Assembly (NCBI GenBank): GCA_964291415.2
Contig: OZ219919.1
Location: 116,021-180,020, forward strand
DNA: 64,000 bases
Direction of reading: 5' to 3'
From: Alphaproteobacteria bacterium
GTDB taxonomy: Bacteria; Pseudomonadota; Alphaproteobacteria; SP197
The number at the start of each line of letters is the position of its first letter. Within the stretch, counting starts at the first letter, position 1. Positions 38,147-47,983 of the stretch are shown here, piece after piece. A program made the position numbers and the translations under genes. The notes below the pieces were generated by a model. It did not search any database, was not told the DNA's origin, and saw nothing but the letters and a program-made list of their open reading frames with translations.

Positions 38147-39412
38147 TCACGCAAACCTCTCCTGCCAGTTGTGGAGCGGCACAAACCGACCCTCATCGAC
38201 AACGGTGTAGTAAACCTTTTGCAAGCCTTGACGCCGCTGTGGTCCGAACGACACCGCCTCGCCAATTCCCAGGTCATAGTCCGTTATGCTGAACACGGCA
38301 TCCTCCAGCGCGTACCGTTCCGGTGTTTCGCCGAGGCGTCGCAGAATCTCAACCATCATCTTGGCGTCAAGGAAGCCCTCGAGACTTACAAAGCTGTGTG
38401 AAAACGGCGTGTAGCTTTCCGTCAACAATTCCTGCGGCGCGGAAGGATCATAGCGCGCCATCAGTTCCTGGTACTGCTTGACTGCCGGAATCGACGTATC
38501 GTGGTAGCTGGGCACGACCTGCGAATTCACCAGCAGAGCGGTGTAACGTTCGCCGTCGTCGCGCCCCTGGGTGATGAGATTGACCAGATTCTCGCTCCCG
38601 ACAAAGGACACATTGGCTATGGGAACCTGCAACCCAAGGTCCACGGCATCACGGAGAAACGCAGCGCATGCGGCGTAGGCTCCAATGCAGATGACGGCAT
38701 CGGGGCGTGATGCCTTGAGAATCTCCACCTGATCGCGCATGACGCCGGTGAACTTCGAACCCCGCCTGTAGGTCGCCTCGCCGGCAATCTGCTCTCCATA
38801 CTGCTTGAGCGCCCGGCGCACGCCCGCCCAGCCGCTGCGGCCGTAGGCGTCGGCCTGATAGAAGACCGCAATGCGTCTGCGACCGATGTTGACGAAGTTC
38901 TGGACAAGGCCGGCTGTCTCCTGGCGATAGGAGGCGCGAAGATTGAAGGCGAAGGGGCCATAGGGCGGCTCCCGCTGGGGCTGCGCGCCGGTGAATGGAA
39001 AAAACAGGTAGATCTGTTTCTCCTGGAACTTCTTGAGCATGGGAAGGACGCGCGTGACCGTCGGTGTGCCGACATAGCCGAACAGGGCGAAGACGTCGTC
39101 CTCCAGCATGAGAGTCAGCGTGTTCTTGACCGCGGGGTCGGGTTGATAGCCGTCGTCGTAGGTCTTCAGGACGACCTTCCTGCCTCCGATGCCACCGTGC
39201 CGGTTGACATGCTCGAAGTAGGCGCTCGCTCCGCGAAACAGCTCTATGCCGAGACCACGGGACGGCCCTGAGAATGCGGCAGACATTCCCAGCACGATCT
39301 CACTGTCGGTGACCCCAGATGACGTGGTCGCGCCAAGCGACTTCGCACCGAGCCCCATCAGGCATCCGGCAAGACCATACCGGAGAACATGCCGTCTCGT
39401 CGCTGGCGTCAT
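38147..39412 (-). CDS. Periplasmic binding protein, Leu/Ile/Val type I family, Tat-like signal
   Basis: RRHVL signal, IVLGMSAAFSGP, YDDGYQP, YVGTPT, RASYRQE, SLEGF. Confidence 0.88.
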   Translation of the reverse strand: MTPATRRHVLRYGLAGCLMGLGAKSLGATTSSGVTDSEIVLGMSAAFSGPSRGLGIELFRGASAYFEHVNRHGGIGGRKVVLKTYDDGYQPDPAVKNTLTLMLEDDVFALFGYVGTPTVTRVLPMLKKFQEKQIYLFFPFTGAQPQREPPYGPFAFNLRASYRQETAGLVQNFVNIGRRRIAVFYQADAYGRSGWAGVRRALKQYGEQIAGEATYRRGSKFTGVMRDQVEILKASRPDAVICIGAYAACAAFLRDAVDLGLQVPIANVSFVGSENLVNLITQGRDDGERYTALLVNSQVVPSYHDTSIPAVKQYQELMARYDPSAPQELLTESYTPFSHSFVSLEGFLDAKMMVEILRRLGETPERYALEDAVFSITDYDLGIGEAVSFGPQRRQGLQKVYYTVVDEGRFVPLHNWQERFA

Positions 39413-40090
39413 GTGATGTGCTCCCGGCCGTTGTCCAGCGTATCCGTGATTCCAACGGCGCCCGCTTCCGACGGCGATCCCGCAGGCAACATGGCGTTCA
39501 ATTCGCTGAACACCCCCGGCCCGGACTCCACCATGATCTCATCCTCATGCTGACAATTGACATTGCTGGAGAAAGCAAGGCCCGACCCAGTAGCCTGTAC
39601 CGGTGGCTTGGTGGTGACAACGGGATTGAGCATCCTGTCAATGGTGTCGGGCGGCACGCCGCTTGCGTCGTCCGTGATGTGAATCTCCATGCACTTCCCG
39701 GAACGCCGGGTGACGAGAGTGAGTGATGGATCGTATCTGGTTCCGTCGCTACTTTCTTCGGTTGAGCGACGTTTTTCAACCGTCGCCGGACAAGCGCTTC
39801 CGACCGGGTTCGGAGAACTGCGACACTCATCCCGAAAGACGACGTCGAGCAAGACCATCATTGAATCGATGCCCTTGATGATCTCGCGCTGAAAGTCCGG
39901 GTCGCTGGTCGGGGCCGCAGAGTGCGAGCCACTTGTGCCTGTCGAACAACGCGTCGAAATCGATTGCCCGTTGGCCGCGCCTGCCTTGCCCCATGCCGAG
40001 GACGTGATGCACTGACCTGCCTTGCGTTGTGTGGATCAAGGATCGTCAGAGAGTCCCGGCCGGTCGCACGAAGACCAATCGGAGAGCCAA
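39409..40090 (-). pseudogene. Decayed histidine kinase (HATPase_c and preceding region)
   Basis: Eroded IHITDDASGVPP..RMLNPVVTTKP...TGSGLA..H..EIMVESGPG. Upstream pieces (VHHVLGMGQG..IDFDALFD, DPDFQREIIKGID) lie in different frames. Confidence 0.75.
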
Positions 40091-40407
40091 GGCTGATGCC
40101 GTCGCAGACGCGATGACGGTGGCAGCTGGTGGTCGATCTGTGGCGGACCTGGCAGGTTGCACTGAAAGCGGGTCGTTCGGGCCGCCTCGACCGGTCCCGC
40201 CATCTGTCACAGGTCCTCCTCACGAGGAAGCGCATCGGGAACGTCCTGGAGATCCGTGTGCGTTACCGCTATCGCCGCATCCACGTTCCGTCCCGTCACG
40301 AGGGCCGGCAGATCAGTGCCGGGCGGCTCAGTCGGATGTCTTGCGAGGAGGGGCTCCAGTTGCCGAAGAGTACCGGGCGCCGGTGTTCGTGTCCCGCAAT
40401 GCCTTGC

Positions 40408-40839
40408 TCACCGCTCTTGCCTCGGCCTGTTCTTGCAGAATGAGATGATCTCAGGCGGCGGCCTCGCCCACGGCACTCTTGAAACAGTCCAAATCTGATA
40501 TCCGGGAACGACGACATCGGGGTCGTCAAATGATCCTGCCTTCACATGGACGACCTTGTCATTGCGAGACGAACGCGTGAAAACAGGTGATCCGCAAACC
40601 CTGCAGATGAATCGCGCTACCTCTCCTCCACTCTCTCCGGACGTCGTGAACGAGGAGAGTGAAGAACCTTCAAGACTGAACGCCGACTTCTCAACCCGCT
40701 CGCCGACATTGAACGCACTGCCATTTGCGCGTCGGCAATCTCGACAATGACAGTAGTTGGCGTCGCCAATCTTGCCATCGATGCGGAATCGAATGCTGCC
40801 GCAAAGACACCCGCCACGCGTCATCTCGTCCGGTTTCAT
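40408..40839 (-). CDS. GFA (glutathione-dependent formaldehyde-activating) family protein
   Basis: GGCLCG, CHCRDCRR, FICRVCGSP. Confidence 0.9.
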   Translation of the reverse strand: MKPDEMTRGGCLCGSIRFRIDGKIGDANYCHCRDCRRANGSAFNVGERVEKSAFSLEGSSLSSFTTSGESGGEVARFICRVCGSPVFTRSSRNDKVVHVKAGSFDDPDVVVPGYQIWTVSRVPWARPPPEIISFCKNRPRQER

Positions 40840-41031
40840 GCGAATCTCTCCCATCACGCGGTTCGGCTGACGACTCGCCAAGCACACTCAAGACCGGTCA
40901 ATTGTGTTCGGCTGGACCCCCTGTTCTACCATGCCTGGTCCCCGAGTTCCGACAGGCCGACCTGAGTGCGTGGGGACTGGAAGGGAGATACCGAGTCAAT
41001 CCTGGCCACGCATGCCTTCCGCCCGCCGTCG

Positions 41032-42246
41032 TCAGGGACCGGGGGAACCGGTTCGGCGTTCCAGCCCCGATCTGAACACGACTGCGAGGAACGCCAGGAC
41101 CATGCCGAGTCCAGCCATCACCAGGAACGTTGCGCTGCCGCCGACGAGGCTCAGCGAGAGTCCGATCCACAACGCGGCCAGCACTGCCGCTCCCTTGTCC
41201 AGCAAGGCGGAGGCACTCACGACGCGTGCCATCAGGTGGTCGGGCGTGTGCGAGGCCCTGGCCGAGAGGTAGAGCACAAGCAGGAATCCTTCGCCGGCTC
41301 CGATGAGGAAGGCGCCAGACAGAAGGACATGAAGGCCCCCCTGGGCAATGAGCACCGCGCCGGCCGAAAACACAATCAGACAACAGGCCGGGATGTTCCC
41401 GCTCCTCAACCCGAGATAGCCGGAACACAACGTCCCGAGTACTGACCCGGCCGCATAGGATGACACGGCGTAGGACGCCGCAAGGGCATCGCTGGCATCA
41501 CCGCCGGAACCCACGTAGACAAGTCCCAGGACGACGCCGTATCCGACGGCGCCGTAGGCGGTCCAGATCAACTGCATGGTGCGCAGGCGCGCATGGCCCA
41601 GGAAGAACACCAGACCCTCGCGGATATCGCGCAGGAGGCTGCCGTTGCCTGAAGAGACGTTGGCCTGTGAGTCGATGCTGACGAAGAGGATCGCCAGGGC
41701 GAATGCGGCGAGAAACGCGGATACGAGCGACAGTGCCTCGACGGCTCCAACCATCGCCGCGGTGAAGCCGGCGACGGCGGGGCCGGCGATCCAGGCAACC
41801 GACTCGGAGGCTTCCGTCCATCCGTAGGCGCCTTCAAGTTCGGTCTTCTCGACGAGCTGCGGCACGATCGCCGATCGCGCCGCATTCGAGACTGACGACA
41901 GGGTTCCGAACGGTGCGGCAGCCGCAAACAGGGCGATCAGAACAGGTCCGTCCAGAATGTGGACGATGACGACAAGGAAAAGCAGGAGGGCACGGCCGAA
42001 ATCGGCCAGGATCATCAGACGCTTGCGGTCGCGCCGGTCGAGGATGGCGCCGAAGGGAAGGTGGAACACGAAGTACGGCACCATCTCCAGGACGACAACG
42101 AACGACACGAGGGTTGCAGATCCGGTGAGGTCAAGAACGATCAGGGGAATGATGACATCGCCTGCGGCCTCCGCGGAGTTCAGCACGCATTGCGCAAGCA
42201 CGAAGACCCGGAAACGGGCGTTTCTCTCGATGAGGCGAAACATCAT
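41032..42246 (-). CDS. MFS transporter (DHA3-like)
   Basis: GAILDRRDRKRLMILAD, about 12 hydrophobic helices, TPDHLMARV. Confidence 0.88.
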   Translation of the reverse strand: MMFRLIERNARFRVFVLAQCVLNSAEAAGDVIIPLIVLDLTGSATLVSFVVVLEMVPYFVFHLPFGAILDRRDRKRLMILADFGRALLLFLVVIVHILDGPVLIALFAAAAPFGTLSSVSNAARSAIVPQLVEKTELEGAYGWTEASESVAWIAGPAVAGFTAAMVGAVEALSLVSAFLAAFALAILFVSIDSQANVSSGNGSLLRDIREGLVFFLGHARLRTMQLIWTAYGAVGYGVVLGLVYVGSGGDASDALAASYAVSSYAAGSVLGTLCSGYLGLRSGNIPACCLIVFSAGAVLIAQGGLHVLLSGAFLIGAGEGFLLVLYLSARASHTPDHLMARVVSASALLDKGAAVLAALWIGLSLSLVGGSATFLVMAGLGMVLAFLAVVFRSGLERRTGSPGP

Positions 42247-42500
42247 GAAGCAGCGGCAGGCGCCGTTTCGATCACAGGCATGTTCGCCGTAGGGGAATTG
42301 GACGCATGAAGCAGACCGGCGATGAGACGCAGGCACCGGGGCCGGCTTGTTGGCAGCGCCACGCCGGCGCCTGCCTCTCGTCCGGAGCGATCCTGCCGCG
42401 ACCGCTGGCAACGGCGCCGATCAGGAGGAGCACAGCGCGCATCGGACCTGCAAAGCCCGAGGTTCGCGAAACAACGACCGCCTGGAGAGAGGTGCCGTCG

Positions 42501-43316
42501 TCAGAACGCGTAACGCAGCGACAACCGGACGCCGTGGCTCTCGAGGCTCGCCTTGGTCGGCGCGAGATCAAGCGGCAATGGCGACCGGCTCCCGTCGCGC
42601 CAGACGACCCGGCCCGGCCCGCGCGGCGTGCGGACCTCGCCGAGGTCCGTGTAACGCCAGGCCAGATCGAGGCTGACGCCCTCGTCGAGCGCCAGCGCGA
42701 CCCCGGCCGTCGCCATCCACGCCAGTCCGGTCCGGCTGCCGCCCGGCACGATGGTCGTCGTCGCCGGAAACGTCATGGTCGTTTGCCCGATCCTGGTGTG
42801 CACGGCGCCGATTCCCGCACCGATGAAGGGCGCAAAGGGGCCGAACTCGGGCGCCCCCAGGTCCGTGAGATCAACGAAACCGGCAATCATCCCGGAGAGA
42901 GACGACAGGTCTGCCGAAACGTCCTGCCGGCGCTCCGGCGCCAGGAAGTTCGCGCGGCCCTCGAATGAAAAGCCGGGCCGGTATTCGACCAGCACCTCGA
43001 ACCGGACCGCCCCGGTCTCGTAGCCCAGTCCGAGTTCCACCGAGGGCACCGTCCCGAAGTCTCCCGCCGAACGATAGGGCGCACCATCGCCTCCCGTTCC
43101 GCAGCCGTAGAGAGCCGCCGGCGTGGTCGTGGAGCAATCGGTGTCGGTAAAGTCTGCCGTCCCCGGCCTGTCGAGGCCGATGCCGCCGCGCAGATAGTAG
43201 TCTCCGGCAAGCGCGAGTTCGCAAACCAGACACAGTCCGGCAGCGATAGCCATTGTCGCGACTTTCGCAAGACGCGAATGTCCGCTGCGTGTCATCCCGA
43301 GGAATGATCGAGTCAT
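42501..43316 (-). CDS. Outer-membrane 8-stranded beta-barrel (opacity/Omp family)
   Basis: Signal peptide, YYLRGGIG, PFIGAGIG, AWMATAGV, DLAWRYTDLG, C-terminal LRYAF. Confidence 0.85.
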   Translation of the reverse strand: MTRSFLGMTRSGHSRLAKVATMAIAAGLCLVCELALAGDYYLRGGIGLDRPGTADFTDTDCSTTTPAALYGCGTGGDGAPYRSAGDFGTVPSVELGLGYETGAVRFEVLVEYRPGFSFEGRANFLAPERRQDVSADLSSLSGMIAGFVDLTDLGAPEFGPFAPFIGAGIGAVHTRIGQTTMTFPATTTIVPGGSRTGLAWMATAGVALALDEGVSLDLAWRYTDLGEVRTPRGPGRVVWRDGSRSPLPLDLAPTKASLESHGVRLSLRYAF

Positions 43317-43688
43317 GCTGCCCTCCTGATTTCGTGACAGCACTGCAACACCACTGGGGAAGCGTGTTTGCCAGGGTTGCACGACATGACCGACGGATAC
43401 CACGGCCCACGCCCGAAACCCAAGTCTCTCCAGTTCTCGGTTGCCGGCGTCCTCCCTGAATCCCTCGATCGGAACCGTCGGCGCTCCCTGACGATCGACT
43501 CCTCGCACCGCGAGGACAAGACGGCCTGGGAATACCGGAGACCTGCCCGGGCGACGTCAGCGGCCTGCAACTCTTCGGAGTGCGCGGATTGACAGGGTGG
43601 GATCAACCAGAGGCGTGTTCGACTTCTCCAGCGGCAACGACGCGGCAGTCGATTGTTTCGCCTCGTCCTTCGTGTACCATCGGTATCC

Positions 43689-43904
43689 ATGGACATGGCG
43701 GCCGTCATCTTCATCACCCTCGGCATCATGATCGTCGGGTTCGGGCTGCTTTCGCTCGCCAACATTCTCAACATGAGCTTTACGGAACACCAGCGGGAGC
43801 ATGCGGATATCACCAACCCGCGCTTCAGGCTCTCGATGGCGAAGTTCATGGTCATGGGCTTCGTGATCATCGCCATCGGCGGTGTCTTCGCCCTCCTTGC
43901 CTGA
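43689..43904 (+). CDS. Small two-TM hypothetical membrane protein (71 aa)
   Basis: Two hydrophobic helices and GC3-rich codon usage matching real genes. Confidence 0.6.
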   Translation: MDMAAVIFITLGIMIVGFGLLSLANILNMSFTEHQREHADITNPRFRLSMAKFMVMGFVIIAIGGVFALLA

Positions 43905-43909
43905 CGCCC

Positions 43910-44323
43910 TCACCTGTCGTCCAGACGGCCGCTGCCTCGTGCGTGGCGGACAAGCGCATCGTCGGTATCGAACCACGCAAGCGCATCCTCGTGCCAGACA
44001 TGCAGGGCGGGCGGCAGGGAGTCGGGGTCGTCGCAGGTCCCCGTAAAGAAGTGGATTTCACCGGGGACCTCGTCCGATTCGTAGGTCAACGGCGTGCCGC
44101 ACAAGGCGCAGAACCCTCGCCTGACGCCGGGCGAGGATTCATGGATGGCCCGATGGCCGGCGGTGAAGGTCACGGACGAGGCGGCCGCCCCGACATAGGC
44201 GGCAACGGGAGCGCCGGTGGCGCGCCGGCAACTCCGGCAGTGACAGTAGGCCGTCCACAGCGGCGGTTCATCGATGCGATACCGCACGGCGCCGCACAGG
44301 CACCCTCCGCTGACCGGCGGCAT
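43910..44323 (-). CDS. GFA family protein
   Basis: GGCLCGAVRY, CHCRSCRR, RGFCALCGTPL. Confidence 0.9.
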   Translation of the reverse strand: MPPVSGGCLCGAVRYRIDEPPLWTAYCHCRSCRRATGAPVAAYVGAAASSVTFTAGHRAIHESSPGVRRGFCALCGTPLTYESDEVPGEIHFFTGTCDDPDSLPPALHVWHEDALAWFDTDDALVRHARGSGRLDDR

Positions 44324-44326
44324 CGA

Positions 44327-45199
44327 TCAGACGGTCCGTGACAGGACCTGCGGCAGACCGCGTACGCTGATCCGCCAGAGAAGGCGGGCGTTCTCCCGCG
44401 ACGTGGCAAAGGCGATGGGGCTCGCCGCATGCATCGTCTGCAGGGTATCCCAGATGACGAGATCGCCCGGACGATAGTGGTGGCGGTAGATGTGTTCCTC
44501 GCACAGGGCATGGGCCTTCAGCGAATCGAGCAACGCGCCGGCCTCCTCGGAGGTCATGTCCCTGATGGCGTAGGCTCCGTGACCGATTGCGTAGAGTGCC
44601 TTCCTGCCGGTGACAGGATGGCGCATCACCAGCGGGTGATGGACCGGTGGCACCCGGCGATCCTGGTCATCGTTGATGATCGGGTTGACCACGGCTTCGC
44701 CCGCAAGGCGGCGGCCACGCCCGTACTTGTGCGCGACCTCGAGGGAATCGATCCTCTCCCTGGTGGCGGCGTCAAGGGAATCATAGGCCCCCGCCATGTC
44801 GCAGAACTGTGTTTCTCCACCTTCACGGGGCGCCAGGATCGAATAGAGCATGGTGGCGCTCGCCGGCACCTCCTCGTAGGACTGGTCGGTGTGCCACAGG
44901 GCGGCGCCGTTGCGGATCTTGGCGTCCCTGTCCCGCTCTTCGGTGTTGCCCACGGTCATGAGCTCGGGATAGCCATCCATGCGCATGTGGTCGAGGACAT
45001 GGGGGATGGGGTCGCCCCACAACCTGCCGAACCGGAGAAACCGGTCCTCGTCGAGATCCTGGTCCCTGATGACGATAACGCGATGGACATGAAGCGCGTC
45101 CACGAGGGTGCGCATGACCGGGTCGGAGAAGTCGTCGGCAAGCCGAACTCCGTGCATCTCCACTCCGAAGGCCGCATCAAGCGGCGTCAACGTCACCAT
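44327..45199 (-). CDS. TauD/TfdA family dioxygenase
   Basis: PLDAAFGVE, WHTDQSY, GGETQF, HPLV.RHPVTG, GDLVIWD..TMH. Confidence 0.92.
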   Translation of the reverse strand: MVTLTPLDAAFGVEMHGVRLADDFSDPVMRTLVDALHVHRVIVIRDQDLDEDRFLRFGRLWGDPIPHVLDHMRMDGYPELMTVGNTEERDRDAKIRNGAALWHTDQSYEEVPASATMLYSILAPREGGETQFCDMAGAYDSLDAATRERIDSLEVAHKYGRGRRLAGEAVVNPIINDDQDRRVPPVHHPLVMRHPVTGRKALYAIGHGAYAIRDMTSEEAGALLDSLKAHALCEEHIYRHHYRPGDLVIWDTLQTMHAASPIAFATSRENARLLWRISVRGLPQVLSRTV

Positions 45200-45248
45200 G
45201 GAAGCCTCCAGCAGGGAACGCTACCGCGAAGTGACGCCGGCGACAACG

Positions 45249-45938
45249 TCAGCGCCGGCGACACGCCGTTTCGAGGGCCCCGATGACAGCGTCGCTCTTC
45301 GCGAGAGTTCCGAAGACGCCACCCGACGAGCGGATGAGGTCGATGGCGGCATCGTGCCGCCGCTGGCTTGCGGCGGCCGTGCAGTCCTCGACGACCACGC
45401 ACTCGATGCCTCGATCCAGGGCTTCGCGCAGGGTCGACGTGACACAGCAGTCCGTGGTGAGCCCGACCAGGATCGCCGCCCGGATGTCCCGCGCCCGAAG
45501 ATCGGCGTCGATCGCCGTCGTTGCGAAGACCCCGTAGCTTGCCTTGTCGAACACGTCCTCGCCGGGCGACGGAGCGAGTTCGTCGATGATGTTCCACCCC
45601 TCCTCGCCCCGGACGAGCGCCCGGCCCAGAGGTCCGGTGCTGCCGATGGCCTCGTTTGCGGCGCCGCCAACCTTCCAGGGCTGCAGGTCCGAGAGATCCG
45701 GCGCATAGCCCTCGCGCGTGTGGATGATCGTGAGCCCGCACCGGCGCGCCGCGCCGAGGACACGGCGAATCGGCTTGACGGGCTGTCTCAGGCGCGCCAG
45801 GTCGGCTCCGAGACGGTGCATGTAGCCATTCTCCGCACAGAAATCCCGCTGCATGTCGATGACGAGAAGCGCCGTGCGTGATGGCTCAAGGCCGCCCCCC
45901 TGTGGAAAGGGCAGCGGATTGCCGGCAATGACCGGCAT
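45249..45938 (-). CDS. Cysteine hydrolase (isochorismatase family, biuret hydrolase-like)
   Basis: VIDMQRDF, HTREG..PDL.D, GPLGRALVRGE.GW.II, DK, TTDCCV. Confidence 0.88.
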   Translation of the reverse strand: MPVIAGNPLPFPQGGGLEPSRTALLVIDMQRDFCAENGYMHRLGADLARLRQPVKPIRRVLGAARRCGLTIIHTREGYAPDLSDLQPWKVGGAANEAIGSTGPLGRALVRGEEGWNIIDELAPSPGEDVFDKASYGVFATTAIDADLRARDIRAAILVGLTTDCCVTSTLREALDRGIECVVVEDCTAAASQRRHDAAIDLIRSSGGVFGTLAKSDAVIGALETACRRR

Positions 45939-45940
45939 GG

Positions 45941-46276
45941 TCACGACCGGCAGACGGGGGGCGGGAAGAAACCTGCCGGCGTCATGAGCCGGTTCTCCTG
46001 ACTCTCCAGGGCGCCGAGTTCGGCGCTGCGGGCCAGGTAGTCCTGCCAGTCGGGATCCGCCTGCATCGCCTTCCGGCGCGCCTCGCGGTCGCCGGCATTC
46101 TCGTAGACCCAGATATGAACAAACTGGTTGGGATTGCCGGTCTCGGTGACCAGCCATGCCAGGGGCTGTCCAAGGTGCCTCGTCTGCGGTTCCTTGCCGA
46201 ACGCCTCATAGAGTTCCATGTGTCTTTTGAGCATGCCGGGACGGCAGGTGTAGGTTCGCACGTCAAGCAGCATCAT
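45941..46276 (-). CDS. NIPSNAP family protein
   Basis: DVRTY..RPG, ETG.PNQFVHIW.YE..DR.ARR.AM.ADPDW. Confidence 0.9.
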   Translation of the reverse strand: MMLLDVRTYTCRPGMLKRHMELYEAFGKEPQTRHLGQPLAWLVTETGNPNQFVHIWVYENAGDREARRKAMQADPDWQDYLARSAELGALESQENRLMTPAGFFPPPVCRS

Positions 46277-46853
46277 GCGTCTCCTTGTTCTGGCTTCGCC
46301 GGTGTTCCTCCACCAGGCTCTCGATGATCGGGACGAAATGAGAGAATCCGGGCGTCTTCATGCCGGGCCGCTTCCCGGCGTCATCCAGGAGGCGTACGGC
46401 GATGATGTCGCCGAGGTGCGGGTGCCGGGCAAACTGCTCGGCCTCGTGTGCCTCCATCGGGCCGCCCTGGAGGGAAAGCGAATGGCGCGACGCGTCGCTC
46501 AACCTCTCCAGGTAACCACGCCTGGTAGCCGAGAGATAGCGCTTGGCCGCCACATGGTGGCGTATGCAGTCGGTCACGACGGCGGGAAAGAAACGTTCCA
46601 CCAGTCGGGCGCCGGCCACCTCGTGGTGACGGTCCCGGATGTCGGTCATGGAGAACATCCCGGAATCGCCTGCGACATGGCCGATGTCGTGAAGCAGCGC
46701 TCCGACGATGACCGCCTCCTTCCTGCCGCTTCTCTGGGCAAGGGTGGCGCTCTGCAGCATGTGTTCGGCGATCGTCACGTCCTCGCCAAGGTATTCGACG
46801 GCCGCCACGTCTTCGAAGATGGCAGCCAGGCAATCGATGATCGCCTGGGCCAT
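46263..46853 (-). CDS. tmpB: HD-domain diiron oxygenase, TmpB/PhnZ-like
   Basis: YLGEDVTIAEHMLQ, LLHDIGH, HVAAKRYL, LS.AS..SL.LQGGPM, DDAGK. TGATG coupling to the upstream dioxygenase. Confidence 0.75.
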   Translation of the reverse strand: MAQAIIDCLAAIFEDVAAVEYLGEDVTIAEHMLQSATLAQRSGRKEAVIVGALLHDIGHVAGDSGMFSMTDIRDRHHEVAGARLVERFFPAVVTDCIRHHVAAKRYLSATRRGYLERLSDASRHSLSLQGGPMEAHEAEQFARHPHLGDIIAVRLLDDAGKRPGMKTPGFSHFVPIIESLVEEHRRSQNKETHDAA

Positions 46854-47983
46854 CAGACCGGCTTCCGCGATGTTGCCTGCATCATTGCCTCGTGTGTCGA
46901 GCGCAGCCCGTCCATGTCCGCATAGCAGCCCTGGAGCCAGCGGTTGCCGGCGCCTGTCCACGCCGTGCGGCCGTGAAGGACGCGGGTGTTGTCGACGACA
47001 AAGCACTCGCCGGGTTCCAGGCGGAACGAGATCGCCATCGTCGGGTCGTCGACGATGTCGCCAAGGTGCCGGTAGGCCGCATACCACGTGGCCATGCGCT
47101 CGAAGGGCACATCCCTCACGGCCGCCAGGGACCGGTTGTTGAAACGTACGCACCGAAGTTCTCCATCCGGCGCCAGTTCGATCAGCGGACGGCGGGCGGC
47201 GAGCGAGACACCATCCTCGCCGTCAAAGGCGAAGCGTGCACAGTGATCGGCGAGCACATCGAAGTGATCCGGATTCTCTTCCTGCAGGCGGCGAACGGCG
47301 GCAAAACCGTCGATGACCATGCTGTCGCCGCCCGCAAGCGAACTCTCGAGACAGTAGAGTAACTGAATCGTCGGCACCGGATCCCGGTAGGGATTGTCGG
47401 TGTGGGCCTGAAGGGCGAGTCCGGTATAGGCAAGATTCACCGGGTTCACCTGGGTGCGAACGTCGAAGTGACGGCCGTAGTTGGTCTCCCTCACGTGACC
47501 GAAGAGATCGACGATGCGAAAGAGCGCGCCGGGCACCGCCGGCCCGTTGATCACCCGCGCCACACCATAGCGCCGGATGTGGCCCAGCCAGTCGCGCAGC
47601 GCCGCGCCGCGCATCTCGAGGTTCCCAAGGTCCGCGACCGGTGCCTCGCTCAACCGGACGCCTGTCCACGTGGTGATTGCCGGATCCGTCCAGCCACGCC
47701 CGTCAACTCCCGTCCGGTCGTAGGCATTCCGCTCGAGCCAGGACACGTCGAAGGCGATCGTCCTCATCTCCGGGGCGAAGTTGACCATGAGCGTGGTGTT
47801 GCTGACGGCCGCGGAGGCAATGCGCAGATCGGGCGGAATGGCGCCCGGCGCAATCAGCCGCTGACCATTGCCGGGATCACGGGTCCCGGGGTCGACCGCA
47901 TTGTCGCGCAGCCAGATGGCGTGAAAGCGCCTGGACCCCAGGGTCAGGAATGTCCCGGAGGCATCGACACTGACATCCGTCAT
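46853..47983 (-). CDS. tmpA: Gamma-butyrobetaine hydroxylase-family dioxygenase, TmpA-like
   Basis: WLRDN, RETNYG, NLAYT.L.LQAHTDNPYRDP, RFNNRS, NTRVLHGR, RWLQGCYAD. Adjacent to the PhnZ-like gene. Confidence 0.75.
   Translation of the reverse strand: MTDVSVDASGTFLTLGSRRFHAIWLRDNAVDPGTRDPGNGQRLIAPGAIPPDLRIASAAVSNTTLMVNFAPEMRTIAFDVSWLERNAYDRTGVDGRGWTDPAITTWTGVRLSEAPVADLGNLEMRGAALRDWLGHIRRYGVARVINGPAVPGALFRIVDLFGHVRETNYGRHFDVRTQVNPVNLAYTGLALQAHTDNPYRDPVPTIQLLYCLESSLAGGDSMVIDGFAAVRRLQEENPDHFDVLADHCARFAFDGEDGVSLAARRPLIELAPDGELRCVRFNNRSLAAVRDVPFERMATWYAAYRHLGDIVDDPTMAISFRLEPGECFVVDNTRVLHGRTAWTGAGNRWLQGCYADMDGLRSTHEAMMQATSRKPV

Noticed and set aside
43340-43550. Cobalamin riboswitch-like pieces (GCAAC..CCACTG..GGGAAG near 43345 and GGAGACCTGCC near 43536)
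   Set aside because: The 5' core (GGGAA..GGTG..AA.TCC) is missing, the spacing is wrong and no B12-related gene follows. An Infernal search would settle it.
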